64,000 bases of DNA, taken from Squalus acanthias. Its lineage: Eukaryota. The stretch spans positions 62,188,001 to 62,252,000 of the forward strand of contig CM059438.1 of NCBI GenBank assembly GCA_030390025.1. Direction: 5' to 3'. Position numbers and translations under genes: made by a program. The notes beneath the pieces were generated by a model that did not search any database, was not told the DNA's origin, and saw nothing but the letters and a program-made list of their open reading frames with translations. Positions 1-13,234 of the stretch are shown here, in pieces. Positions within the stretch are counted from its first letter, which is position 1; each line of letters begins with the position of its first letter.

Positions 1-375
1 GAGACTTTAGAGGGGGCACAATGCAGATTCACGAGGTTGCTGCCTGGTATGAGGGAATACAAATATCAAGAAAGACTTGGGAAAATTGCAATATGTTTTT
101 GTTAGAACAACTCCGGTTACAGGTGATAGAAGTGTTTAAACTTATGAATAGATTGGACAGGGGAGGTAAAAGCAGACTGTTCACAAGACTGAGGGGCCAT
201 AACTACAAGATTAAATGTAAGGTTTTAAAACAGAGGGAAGGAGAAACTTTACACAGAGCTGTGAGACTGTAGCATTCACTTTCTGGGCTAATGTTTGAAG
301 GAGAAACTGTCAGCATTCCTGATTAGATTGGATAGGTGGATGAAGGAAAAGGGGTGGAAGGGACATGGGAACCGG
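1..375 (+). mobile_element. Old CR1 LINE 3' fragment; its 3' UTR resumes at about 3844-3935
   Basis: Degenerate RFTR..PGM and IEVFK RT C-terminal sequence; tail motif gccgaatggcctgtt follows the younger CR1. Confidence 0.7.
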
Positions 376-3300
376 GCGTTTCTGCGGCCGCAAATGAGAC
401 TCCAGGATGGTATGTTGCCTCCCTGGTGCAAGGGTCAAGGATGTCTCAGAGCGGCTACAGAGCATTTTGGAAGGGGAGGGTGAACAGCCAGTTGTCGTGG
501 TGCATATAGCTACCAACGATATAGGTAAAAAACGGGATGAGGTCCTAAAAGCAGAATATAGGGAGTTAGGAGGTAAATTAAAAAATAGGACCTCAAAGGT
601 AGTAATCTCAGGATTGCTACCAGTGCCACGTGCTAGTCAGAGTAGAAATAGAAGGATATTTCAAATGAGGTGGGACTAGTACAAACCGGACGGTCTACAC
701 CTGGGCAGGGCCGGGACCGATGTCCTAGGGGGGAGTGTTTCCTAGTGCACTGGGGGAGGGTTTAAACTAAAATGGCAGGGGGTTGGAAACCTGAGCAGGG
801 AGACAGAGGAAAGGGAAACAAGGATAAAAACAAAAGATAGGAAGGAGAAAAACAAAAGTGGCAGTCAGAGAAAACAACGGTTTAAATCAAACATGTCCAC
901 AGTAAATACTAATTCTAATAGGTCTAAGAGTGTTAAAAAAACAAACCTGGAGGCTTTGTGTCTTAATGCAAGGAGCATTCGGAACAAGGTGGATGAATTA
1001 GCTGCACAAATAGAGGTAAACAAATATGATTTGATTGGGATTACCGAAACATGGCTCCAGGGTGGCCAAGGCTGGAAACTTAATATCCAAGGGTACTCAA
1101 TATTCAGGAAAGATAGGCAAAAAGGAAAGGGAGGTGGGGTAGCATTGCTGGTTAAAGAGGGGATTAACACAATTGAAAGGAAGGATATTAGCTCTGATGA
1201 TGTGGAATCTGTATGGGTTGAACTGAGAAATAACAAGGGGCAGAAAACATTAGTGGGAGTGATATATAGACCTCCAAACAGTAATGCGGAGGTTGGGGAT
1301 GGCATTAAAAGGGAAATTAGAGAAGCGTGCAATAAGGGCACAGCAGTCATCATGGGTGACTTTAATCTACATATAGATTGGGCTAACCAAATTAGTAACA
1401 ATACTATGGAGGAGGAATTCCTGGAGTGTTTACGGGATGGTTTCCTGGACCAATATATTGAGGAACCAACCAGAGATCAGGCCATCTTAGACTGGGTATT
1501 ATGCAATGAGAAAGGATTAATTAGCAATCTTGTTGTGCGAGGCCCCTTGGGTCGGAGCGATCATAATATGATAGAATTCTTCATTAGGATGGAGAATGAA
1601 GTAGTTGACTCAGAGACTAGGTACCTGAATTTAAATAAAGGAAACTACGATGGTATGAGGTGCGGGTTGGGTAGGTTTGATTGGGGAATGTCACTCAAAG
1701 GGTTGACAGTGGATAGGCAATGGCAAACATTCAAAGACCGCATGGTCGAACTACAGAATTTGTTGTTCCCAGTTTGGCATAAGAATAAAACAAAAAAGGT
1801 GACTCAACCGTGACTAACAAGGGAAATTAGGGATAGCATAAGATCCAAGGAGAGGGCATATAAATTGGCCAGAAAAAGCAGTAACCCTGAGGATTGGGAG
1901 CAGTTTAAGATTCAACAAAGGAAGACAAAGGGATTAATTAAGAAGGGGAAAATAGAATACGAGAGTAAGCTTGCAGGGAACATAAAAACTGACTGTAAAA
2001 GCTTTTATAGATATGTGAAGAGAAAAAGATTAGTGAAATCAAGCATAGGTCCCTTGCAGTCAGAATCAGGGGAACTTATAATGGGGAACAAAGAAATGGC
2101 AGACCAATTAAATACATATTTTGGTTCTGTCTTCACAAAGGAGGACACAAATAACCTCCCAGAGATGTTGGGGAACATAGGGTCTGATGAAAGGGAGGAA
2201 CTGAAAGAAATCAGTATTTGTAGGGAAATGGTGTTCGGGAAATTGAAGGGATTGAAGGCCGATAAATCCCCAGGGCCTGATAATCTACATCCTAGGGTAC
2301 TTAAGGAAGTGGCCCTAGAAATAGTAGATGCATTGCTGATCATCTTCCAACATTCGATGGAATCTGGAACAGTACCCATGGATTGGAGGGTAGTTAATGT
2401 TAACCCACTATTCAAAAAGGGTGGTAGAGAGAAAACGGGGAATTACAGGTAAGCCTGACATCGGTAGTGGGGAAAATGCTAGAGTCCATTATAAAAGATG
2501 TAATAGCTGAGCACTTGGAAAACAGTGACAGGATCGGACAAAGTCAACATGGATTTACAAAAGGTAAATCATGCTTGACTAATCTACTGGAATTTTTTGA
2601 GGATGTAACTGGTAAAATAGATAAGGGAGAACCAGTGGATGTGTTGTATTTGGACTTCCAAAAGGCTTTTGATAAGGTCCCGCATAAGAGATTAGCGTGT
2701 AAAGTTAAGGCACATGGGATTGGGGGCAAGGTATTGACTTGGATAGAGAACTGGTTGGCAGACAGAAAGCAAAGAGTTGCAATAAACAGGTCTTTTTCCG
2801 AGTGGCAGGCAGTGACTAGTGGGGTACCGCAGGGATCGGTCCTTGGACCCCAGCTATTCACAATATATATTAATGATCTCGACAAGGGAACTAGATGTAA
2901 TATCTCCAAGTTTGCAGACGACACAAAACTGGGTGGGCGTGTGTGCTGCGAGGAGGATGCCGAGAAACTCCAGGATGATTTGGACAGGTTGGGTGATTGG
3001 GCAGAAGCGTGGCAGATGCAATATAATGTGGATAAATGCGAGGTTATCCACTTTGGTGTCAAAAACAGAAAGGCAGATTATTATCTGACTGGCAATAGAT
3101 TGGGAGAAGGGGAAGTGCAATGAGACCTGGGTGTCCTTGTGCACCAGTCGCTGAAGGTAAGCATGCAGGTGCAGCAGGCGGTTAAGGCGGCAAATGGTAT
3201 GTTGGCCTTCATAGCGAGAAGGTTTGAATACAGGAACAAGGCTGTCTTGCTGCATTTGTACAGGGCCTTGGTGAGACCACATCTTGAGTACTGTGTGCAG

Positions 3301-3843
3301 TTTTGGTCGCCCTATCTGAGGAAGGATGTTCTTGCCATGGAAGGAGTTCAGCAAAGATTCACAAGGCTGATACCTGGGATGCCAGGAATGACGTATGAAG
3401 AGAGATTGGGTCGATTTGGGCTTATACTCGCTGGGGTTTAGAAGAATGAGAGGGGATCTCATTGAAACTTATAAAATTCTGACAGGACAGGACAAACTAG
3501 ATGCAGGAAGGATGTTCCCAATGGTCGGGGAGTCCAGAACCAGGGGTCACAGTCTAAGGATAAGGGGTAAGCCATTTAGGACAGAAATGAGGAGGAATTT
3601 CTTCACCCAGAGAGTGGTGAACCTGTGGAATTCTCTACCACAGAAGGTAGTAGAGGCCAATTCATTAAATATATTCAAGAAGGAGTTGGATATATTTCTT
3701 AAGGCTAAAGGGATCAAGGGATATGGGGAGAAAGCAGGGACAGGGTACTGAATTTGGATGATCAGTCCTGATCGCATTGAATGGCGGAGCAGGCTAGAGG
3801 GGCCGAATGGCCTACTCCTGCTCCTATCTTCTATGTTTCTATA
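376..3843 (+). mobile_element. 5'-truncated CR1 LINE: ORF1 SGNH-esterase part, full-length disrupted ORF2 (APE + RT), 3' UTR
   Basis: ORF1 CLPGARV..HIATNDIG; APE NARS, ITETW, GDFN, SDH; RT YLDFQKAFDKV, GVPQGSVLGP, FADD. Stops at 1811 and 3121, frameshifts near 2450 and 3420; ctatgtttctat tail. Confidence 0.96.
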
Positions 3844-5239
3844 AATGCTTTTGGGTCTGTTTGCTTATGTGGAGGGTTAATGTCAACACACTGGTTGAGC
3901 CGAATGGCCTGTTCCCACATTGTAACTTCTGTCTGTTTCTAAGTCAAATGTCTTTTCATTACAATCGTGGTTAATCAGTGTCACTGATGCTATATTGTAC
4001 AGAACAGTAAGTGGGAATCTAATAAAAGTTTTCAAAATTATGAGACACTGACGGATTGTTTTCACTGGTTGGCGAATCAGTAACAAGGGGACATAGACCC
4101 AGAAAGTTTTTTGCTCAGAGGGTTATAGAACCATGAAATGCTTCACCATAAGTTGCCATTGAGACTGAGTCTATAACATCATTTCAAAGGGAATTGGATA
4201 GGCATTTGTAAAGGATATAGAAAAATACAGGGTAATGTTGTTGGGGTAAATAGCTCCTTTTGAAGAGAGAGCTCTAGCACAGGGACAATGGATTCATTGG
4301 GGTCCTTCTGTGCCATGGCTTCTACCTTCTGATTCAGCATCACGCTATACACCATCCTGTGTGAATGAGACGATGCTAACAGCACTTCAGTCCCGTCCTT
4401 TGGATTACACTCCAGCTATTGTGAAGGGACTAATGTCCTTTGCGGAAGGTAGCCTCTCCGGTCGGGCCGACTCCATGTGCGTGGTAACTCCCTCTGAAGC
4501 CACCTAGCAAGAGATGTGTAAAGACAATCGCTGGGGCTGGTCAATGAATGTGCTCTTATGAGTGTCGGCCGCATCTCCAGGATAAATACATTTTCAGTTT
4601 AGGAGGAACGAGTGAGGAAAATTCAGAAGAGAAATGAACCATTGGAATGTTGATAAAATAGAGACGGGAAAGGTTGTGATGGGCAGGGGATGTAAAACGG
4701 AGTCGATACATTTCCATTGCATGCTGGGCAGTACCACTCGGGTGTCAGCCATGCCCATCAGTCCAGACCTTGGAGTCTCTTTGCCTTTTTTAACTGGCTA
4801 ACCTAGTCTGAAAGTTAAACCCAAACGACAACTGATGCCCTTTTCAATATTCCGTTGCTACGTCTTTATGGGGTGTGATTTTTTTTGGAACAATTTCACA
4901 CACTCCCTAAGCATGAAAATTAGATTTATGATTGTCAATTGATATAAAAACTGAAAAGTTTGACCTGTAGTGATAACTGGAACAATGCTGATATCCCTGG
5001 TGAATTCTGTGAGGGCAGTATAACCAGGCACTCTAGCGATGATTGACGCACATCAGTCTCTGGGGAAGACTAGCTGTTGCTGACGTCTTGATTTGGATGA
5101 ACTTTTTCTTTGTATTTACGCAGTCTGGTAGCGGTGGCCTGGTTCACGAGAGTTTTGTACCGTATCCTTGTGGTTTTTGTAATGTACCATTTCTTTTTAA
5201 ATCTGCAGTTACCCTGAATATCTCAGTGGTTAAATACAC

Positions 5240-5540
5240 AACCTGATACTGAGCCAAGCAGACCAGGCAGGTCCTGAGTTCAATCACTTGTTGGTGCGGA
5301 GTTAGCTGATCTCGAGTAGGGTTCCAGCAACTGGCTTCATTGCTCCTGGGCCAGGAGAGGGGAGAAAATTCCTTTCAAATTTCAGCTCATTAAGCTGTGA
5401 CTCTTGGAAAGTGTGTGCATGTGAGACACCCTTCACGGGCGAATGGCTTACTGACACATTGTCTGGACACATGAGCGAAGCGTCATTGGGTGGGATACTG
5501 GGAGATTAGTAGACCTGTGGAACTGTACTGTAGCATCAGT
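5240..5540 (+). mobile_element. Old SINE-like repeat (third family); related copies at about 49280-49570 (+), 57410-57600 (-), 59030-59160 (-)
   Basis: Shared motif tgagttagctgatctc..., a B-box-like gagttcaatc, and similarity among the copies. Confidence 0.5.
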
Positions 5541-7086
5541 CGCAGTGGGGTAAGTTGATAGTGAAGTCCTGTGGTAATCCCAGTACAATAGTGGCAGTGA
5601 CTTCGTTGGTAGGGCCTTTGTCCATCACATCTGCTGTAAACTGATGACTGGAGCTGTAACTCTGAGTATGAGCCTTAACTCACCAAGAGTTAGGATTGCT
5701 CCATATCGATCTGGGAGCATATCTGAAATCCTCTTCACTGGACACAGATTATGGAAATCTAGGAATTTGTTTCTGTGCATAGTTGTAAAAGGCCTTTAAA
5801 AGAGGACGAACAAATATCTGAAAGGCCTGCATTTTTGTTTGCTAGCCCAATTGTGAAGACCTCTGTACCATTTATCTGCAACTTCGAGGCGATTTAGTGG
5901 TAACTGTGGAGGATTTAGTTGAATTGGAAAGTAATTGTATAGATGCTTGGAAATTAGATTCAAGGAACCTTTTTAACTCCATCATAGTCATGGATTTGTA
6001 GAATAGATTCTTCGATAAAGCAACTCAATGCAGTATTGATAATTTAGTGAAACAAATTCTGGATGAGCATGCAATTAAGAACATGATCGAGAGTTAGAAA
6101 GATAGGTACAGATGGAGACAGAGGAATTCTTTTAGACTATGATGGTTCGTGAGCCACTGGGAGAAGCCAGAAAAAAGGCCACTGACCTGGGATTGATGGA
6201 GGAGAGTGGAAAAAGAGGAACACCTGACATTTACATGATTCCTTCGAAGATCAGCAGGGTGTTCCACAACCAATAGGGTACTGTTGAGGTGCAGTCACTG
6301 ACACAGTTGCCAGTTGCACACAACAAGATCCCACAAACAAGAAATTGGATAACCCACTCCATTATCCGGATGCCAGAATTGCCGTCCGACAATTTCTGTG
6401 GGTCTCGGATTCTGCCATCAGGGTAAGAGCGCTGGATTTAGTCGTGTATGCACGGGGAAACCGATGCACAGATGGCACTCTCTCCGTGATCTGAGCTGAA
6501 CGCCCACCTGGAAGTATTTATAGAAAGTTATGAATTGTGACCAGCACGTGTAACAAGGTTTGAAATTTATCATTGGTGCAGGAGATAAAAGGGGAAAAAT
6601 TCGGTACCTTAGCGCCTCCCGTTAGCACCAGCAGATGGTGCTAATGGGGCGCTAGAGCATTATCGGCGAGGCGAATCCAACGCTGCACGCCAAATCCAAT
6701 CCCCCCCCCCCCCCCCACAGCGTCGGCGCTAACAATTATCGCCGTGCGCCTCAACGCCAGGTGGATCGTGATGTCAGTGAGTGTGCAACGCTCACTGACC
6801 ACCCAATCTGCGAAATTGATTGTCGCCACCTACCTTAGTGCCTGGAGGAAACAGTGACCGGGAGAGCTGGCGTGAAGCAACAGGAAGCCGGCTCCAGGGA
6901 CATTATTTAAAGGAATCATCAGTAATGAGTCGCAGCTGTAGGTTAGTGGAGTTTCAGTGCTTTCTTGTCGGTTTCACATAGTGCAATAGTCTCATGCCGT
7001 AATTTCAATGTTATTTAGTATCAGGAGTGTTGTGGCAACTAAAAAGTAGCTACATTTATTCTTAAAGAAATCAAACTGCTACATTA

Positions 7087-8151
7087 ATGGGTGCTGTACT
7101 GGCAGTCGCCCTCGCCCTCCAGGATGTACGGCGAAGGGAGCGGAGGCAGCGAGAAAGATTGAAACATGTGGCCAGAGGGAGGAGGAGGGCCATCTGGACT
7201 CTTAACAGGAGGCCTTACCCGCCGAGGGTATTCCGAGAGCACTTCTCCTACCTCCAATTAAGCGAGGAGCAGTGCATTAGAAGGCTCCGCTTCACCAAGG
7301 AGGTGGTCGCAGAACTCTGCCACCTCCTGCAACCAGACCTCCAGCCTCAGATCAGGGCGACCACGGCGCTCTCAGTGGCAGTCAAGGTCACCATCGCCCT
7401 CAATTTCTTCACCAGCGGATCCTTCCAGTCTGCAACAGGAGACATAGCTAACATCTCGCAGTTCGCCGCCCATCGCTGCATTCGGGAGGTCACAGAGGCT
7501 CTCTACAGTAGGAGAAGGGACTACATTTCCTTCCCCATCAGCAGAGAGAAGCAGGACGAGCGTGCATATAGCTTTTCCAGGATAGCGAGATTCCCCATGG
7601 TGCAGGGCGCCATTGACTGCACCCACATGGATTTGCAGGCACCGCATAACAATCCTGAGATCTTCCATAACCGCAAAGGCTACCACTCACTTAATGTGCA
7701 GTTGGTGTGCGACCACACACAGCTAATCCTTAATGTCAATGCCCGCTATCCTGACAGCAGCCACGATGCCTTCATCCTGCGCCAGACCGGTGTGCCAGCA
7801 CTCTTCCAGCCACATCATCAAGCTCGAGGGAGGCTGCTCGGAGACCAGGGCTAGCCGCTCTCCACCTGGCTCATGACTCCCCTCTGCAACCCCAACAAAC
7901 CTGCCCAGCACTCATATAATGAGAACCGTGCCACCACCAGGAACATCATTGAGCAGACCATCGGCCTCCTGAAGCAACGGTTCCGCTGCCTTGACCGCTC
8001 TGGAGGAGCCCTCCAGTACTCGGCTGAGCGGGTGTCCCATTTTGTGGTGATGTGCTGCATGCTCCACAACTTGGCCATCCTGAGGGCCCAGCCCTTGCCA
8101 CCAGGAATTGCGGGACCACCTCAGGAGGAGGGAGAGGAGGAGGAGGAGTAA
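7087..8151 (+). pseudogene. Harbinger DDE transposase (HARBI1-like) with one premature stop
   Basis: GAIDCTH, NRKGYHSLNVQLVCD, SSHDAFIL, GDQG*PL (TAG at 7852 replaces the usual Tyr), R..IEQTIGLLKQRFRCL, CCMLHN. ORFs 7087 and 7873 share a frame. Confidence 0.92.
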
Positions 8152-8449
8152 CAGGAGCGAGGGAGGAGGCATCCACTCAATTGGCCTGCCGGAAGGGTGC
8201 TTCATGGCCGCCTCATCAGACTGCGGTTCGAATTAATTAAACCCCAGATCCCTGTTGCTCACCACATCCCCATCATTCCATCCCTGTCGCAGGCCATATC
8301 ACAGCGCAAAGCTGAAATGAGACACGCCACAAAAGAATCCAAACTGATTAAGAAATTTATCAAAAATCAGTGAACACATATTTACACGAAAAATATTAAC
8401 TATTCACCCTTGTGCAATGCCTTAGTGCCTGTCGTTACTGTGCCTTTGC

Positions 8450-9490
8450 CTACTCTAGTGCTGCTACGAAGTGTTGGATCAGTGGCTGCAGCACAGCTGC
8501 TGGAAGTCTGCTGAGTGTCCGTGCGGGAGACTTCAGATGGCCTTGCAGGCGCCCTTGACCAGCTCTGGGCCTGGAAGGCCCAGCTGTAGACTGCACCACC
8601 TCAGCATGGGCGGCAGCAGTCTGGGATGGCTGGATGACGGGCAGCGACAAGGGCAATGGCGGAGTGGCAGTGGTGGGAACAGGAATGCTGTCATCCTGCA
8701 GTCTAAGATTGGATGTTACCAAGCATAGACTGCATTACAGCGCTAAGATGTTGCGTTGCTTCCACCTGTGCTGCAATGGAAGCTGCCAGATCGCCCATCA
8801 CACGAGGCATCAGGTCTGGGTCGCCACGGTCTCTTTGGGAGTCTACCATCCTTTGCAGACTGGAAATGATGGGCTCCATGGTTTACGCAGAGCCTTGTGC
8901 AGTGTTGGAGGCGGACTCCTCCACGCTCCTCATCATTGCCGAGAGGCTCTCCAGCACCCTTACCATTGCACCTATCATCTCCGTGTGCATGCCCGTCACC
9001 CTTCTTCTAAAGGCCTCCCCATTGAGGTCCTCATCTGAGTCCTGTGCAGCAGAACTCGCCCTCCAGGGAGCTGGCCCCCGAGCTACACTTTCTCCCTGGC
9101 CTTGCTGCAGCCCACTCTTCCCCAGTGCCTCACCCTGTGCAGATCCCGCTACTACACTAGTCTCTAAAGAACGCGTAGTGTCAGTATCTGAGCTGGTGCC
9201 TGCGGGTGAGACATGCAGTGTTGCGGTGTGTACTTCCTCCTTCTCTTCTCCTGCCTCGCTCTCAACGGTGCCCTCGGGGACAGGCTGCTCAGGTGCTTGC
9301 TCATTATCTGAAAGCATAAAGGCACAAGAGTCGGGTTAAGCTGAGGGGAGGGGGGCAGGAAGGGAGAAATGCATGCATACAGCATGATTAGCTAGAAAGT
9401 GCGAGAAGGCTTGTGGGGTGAGGGGGAAGTGGGATGTGAAAAGGAGTAAGGATAAACATACCGTTGTCGTCCCCAACAGGCTAGTCAGAA
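8450..9490 (-). pseudogene. 3' exons of the Harbinger second (Myb/SANT-type partner) gene, disrupted
   Basis: ORFs 8883-9317 and 8450-8722; phase-1 intron 9461-9308 (AACG|gtatgt ... tgctttcag|AT) keeps the frame. Identity inferred from position; the Myb domain itself is not present. Confidence 0.65.
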
Positions 9491-9498
9491 CAGTGTCA

Positions 9499-9910
9499 GT
9501 GTCAGCCTTGGCTCAGTGGTAGCACTCTCGCTTCTTGAGTCAGGAGGTTGTGGGTTCAAGTCCCATTCCAGAGACTTGAGCATGTAATCTCGGCTGATAC
9601 TTCAGTGCAGTACTGAGGGAGTGCTGCACTGTCGGAGGTGCCGTCTTTCGGATGAGACGTTAAACCGAGGCCCCATCTGCGCTCTCAGATGGATGTAAAA
9701 GATCCCATGGCCACCATTTGAAGAAGAGCAGTGGAGTTCCCCTGGTGTACTGGCCAATATTCAACCAATTATCATTAAAACAGATTATCTGGTAACTCTC
9801 TGATTGCTATTAATGAGATATTGTATACAAATTGGCTGCCGCAGCAGTGACTGCACTTCAAAGCGCAATGGAATGTCCTGAGGTCATGAAACGTGCTACA
9901 TAAATTCTTT
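9499..9910 (+). mobile_element. tRNA-head DeuSINE (SacSINE1-like)
   Basis: A box tggctcagtggt, B box ggttcaagtcc, Deu core gagacgttaaaccgagg...aaagatcccatggc. Confidence 0.88.
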
Positions 9911-10519
9911 CCTCCTCCCACTGTTGTGGGAAGTGCAATGATTTCATCAGACTGTGCGCCTGAATAATGTTGGCAAAAACTCTTTGTACTGCTCTGCTGC
10001 AGTTTATTCAAAGCATTCGTGTTACAAGCAGCTAATTAAGCTGTCTGCTTCTGTTCCATGTCTGTGATTCCTGAACCACGTTTGACTCGGCTTTTATCAC
10101 CAAGCGTTTCATTTCTAAGAACATCATCGAGGGGGGAGAAAAAAATGCGGTTTTATTTGAACTGCTGGGAGTTGGATTGAGTGGCCTCGGGCTCAGACTG
10201 ACATTCCCTGCAGTAGGTTCATTTGTTCAAATATCAAGGAGCCTTTTTGTGATTTTTGTTTGAAGTGTTTTGCCCAGATTGAAATCCGGAGAACATTGGT
10301 GTCTGTAATTAAACTGGAACATCTTCAGAGTCAATTTGGTAAAAGCTCTGAATAGTGTGGTACTGTGTAACTTAGGGGCTGAAATTCTCATGACATGCGG
10401 CAAATATATGATGTGCACGGGGAAGGTGGGAAACTAGGAGTTGTGGCCTGTGCCTGGTTTGCGCTGATTTGCCTTGGCCCCTGTTTTCCCGTAAGGGCTG
10501 TGCTAGCGGCACAGGAGGC

Positions 10520-10740
10520 TTGTGTTGCTCCATGGAGTAGTACATTCATTTGGAGACGTGCCCTTGCTTTCCCGGGAATTGTGATCATTGGCTGGGTGGA
10601 ATTGGTACTGCTTTTTGTGGACAAGACATTCCTGGGCATTTTTTCCACATGGCCGGGTAGATGTCAGTGTTGTAGCTGTATTGGAAGAGCTTGACTAGAG
10701 GCACGGTTAGTTCTGGAGCACAGATTTCACGCATTAGCGG
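10520..10740 (-). mobile_element. LINE ORF2 fragment from a family different from the main CR1
   Basis: Translates as CAPELTVPLVKLFQYSYNTDIYPAMWK, the segment just before RT. Confidence 0.75.
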
Positions 10741-12117
10741 TATTTTTAATATATGATTATGTATGGTTGTGTGTATGTATGTACATATAAATAGCCTGTT
10801 TCGTGCAGTGCTACCACCCCCGGAGGCACTGAGAGCAGAGGCAGCGATACCCTGGCAACAAGGTAAACGTTGTATCCAGAGGTGAGGGGGATCCCCTTTT
10901 CTACCCACCCGGAAAGGCTGTGATGCTGTTTTCTGATCATTCCTCTCTCTCTCTGGATTTTGCCCAGCCATTTAAGGAAGGTCCAGCAGCCAGAACAAGT
11001 CACGTCACGACTGTAAACCAACTGCACGCACACAGCCTTGCACGTCCTCAGCTGTTTGTCTCTTGCTCTGATGCTGTGAAATCTGATTTGCAACATAAAC
11101 AGGCTGGGTCCCGCAGGTGGTGGGTAGGCTGGGTTCTGTGGGTGGCGAGTGGGCGGGTGGAGTCCTATGCGTGGCGAGCCGGGCCTGAATCACAGTCGCT
11201 TCTTCAGGGGGTCTGTAACATTCCTTAGTTTTCATTATTTTCTCTTGCTGGCTGTTGGTCCCTGGTAGATTGCTGTACTGAATCACCCAATCTTTCCTCG
11301 CCGTTCACTGGTGCATTTGCTCAGTGGCGTATTGGAGACGAAGCAGCCAGTGCGGATCTTGTCCCCTCACCATTCATACAGGTGAAGGGCAGATAACTTC
11401 AGCACCAAGCACAGCAAATGCTACAGCTGCACATTCAGGAGAGCGAACCTTTCAATCATTGAAATTACCAAGAGCAAAGAAAAGAGCAATTGTTGATTGT
11501 AATTGTTTTCTGACAGAACGCTCTGACTCTGGTAAATCCTTGACATTGCTTCGACTTTCTGTTGTAATTGAGTGTCACCGAGTGCTTCCTGGAGCCAGGT
11601 CATTTGAAATCGCTCACTGTCTCTCCTGGGAATCTTTTTGAGTTAGTTACTATATAAAAAAAAAAATATTTAACCCAAGTGCATCACCACACAGACAGCA
11701 TGCAACTACTGGAATATTGTATCGTGCTGTGGGAAACCGCCTGTGCCCACGATCACAATCCGGAGATTCCTGTAAAATGTAGTTTCTGGATAAACTAGCA
11801 CTGCTCCTTCGACATTGCCACCTTCAGTATTCTGGTGCCAGAAGGGTGGTGTGAAGACGCAGCTATGACGGCAGCAATCAGTGTGGCAAGGATCACCTCT
11901 TGGAGTTCCTGCTTTGTATCGTGTGAGAGGTAGTTATACCGCTGCAGCTGTTGTAACATCTGCTTTTATTCAAGTGATTTTGTTTTTGTATCCCTTTATT
12001 TTGTCCCTTGTGAAGACTCTGACCTGCCCTGGGATACAGTTCTGTGGGCACTGCCAGCTCTCTGGTGCCTTGCTGAAGCAGCTGTTCTTGGATTGAATTA
12101 CATAGAATTTACAGCAG

Positions 12118-12550
12118 CAAGACTTGCATTTGTACAGCACCTTTCACGACCACCGGACGTCTCAAACTGCTTTACAGCCAATGAACTGTTGTAATGTGGG
12201 AAACGTGGCAGCCAATTTGCGCACCGCAAGCTCCCACAAACAGCAATGTGATAATGACCAGATAATCTGTTTTTAGTGATGTTGGTTGAGGGATAAATAT
12301 TGGCCAGGGCACCGGGGATAACTCCCCTGCTCCTCTTCAAAATAGTGCCATGGGATCTTTTACCTGAGAGAGCAGACGGGACCTCAGTTTAACGTCTCAT
12401 CTGAAAGACGGCACCTCCGACAGTACAGCGCTCCCTCACTACTGCACTGGAGTGTCAGCCTAGATTTTTGTGCTCAAGTTCCTGGAGTGGGACTTGAACC
12501 CACAAACCTTCTGACTCAGACGAGAGTGCTGCCCACTGTGCCACAGTTGA
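12118..12550 (-). mobile_element. DeuSINE, full length
   Basis: Reverse complement of the 9499 and 14502 copies. Confidence 0.88.
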
Positions 12551-13234
12551 CAGCGGCAACATGTCTATGCCGGTGTTTATGCTCCACACAAGCCTCCTCC
12601 CACCCTTCTTCACCTCACACTATCAACATAACCTATCTAGCTTCCCCCCACTCCCAGCATCCTCAGGTTCTCTGGTAGGAGAGACTATACAGGGCAACAA
12701 GAGATGAACCACGCTGCCAGGACAGGTGAGGGACGATTTTCCTGCTTCCAAATATTGGGCAGTGCAGAGGAAAAATGGATGGTAATCCTTTGCTCCTGAA
12801 AACACTGCACCCAAACTACTTCTATGGCTTTTCTGCTGCCTGCACTTGGGGTGTGTGCATTGATGTAAATTTTATGCAGATGAATGTCAGAGGTCTATAC
12901 ACACACACATATTCTCTGATACCATCAGGTGCAGATTGCCCCCAGAGGAACCCGGTGGTACTGCTTTCTGTGTTGACATTTAGATCATGCTAACAGCGTT
13001 AAAGGGTCAGGCTGCTAGATTCTAGTAAGTGCTGATACTTTGGCAAATTCCTTTCCAATTCATTTGTGCTGCATCTGAAAGTGCCTGTAAAGGCTTTAGT
13101 AGTGCTCCGAGGGAACAAGTTGCAGGGCTATGAGGAAAGAGCAGGGGAGTGGCCCTATCAAAGAGCTGGCACAAGCACGATGGGCCGAATGGTCTCCTTC
13201 AGTGCTATATCATTCTATGAGAGCGAGAGAAGAC

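Larger units (their letters stand above)
6591..9490 (+). mobile_element. PIF/Harbinger transposon relic: left end, transposase, convergent second gene; right end missing
   Basis: Terminus ggggaaaaattc shared with the MITE at 50921-51814; HARBI1-like ORF; spliced second ORF on the minus strand. Confidence 0.88.

Noticed and set aside
865..3462. Long minus-strand ORFs (865, 2005, 2544, 2854)
   Set aside because: Antisense shadows of the CR1 ORF2.
7087..8151. Domesticated HARBI1 gene
   Set aside because: It has a premature stop, a transposon terminus and a partner ORF, and a second decayed copy lies nearby.
8713..9339. 208-aa plus-strand ORF
   Set aside because: Antisense of the Harbinger partner-gene exon, whose splice sites are on the minus strand.
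11269..11381. Candidate host exon (FPRRSLVHL resembles PNPLA7 FSRRSLPKL)
   Set aside because: Similarity is only a few residues, boundaries do not fit, and it has a stop in the host intron phase.
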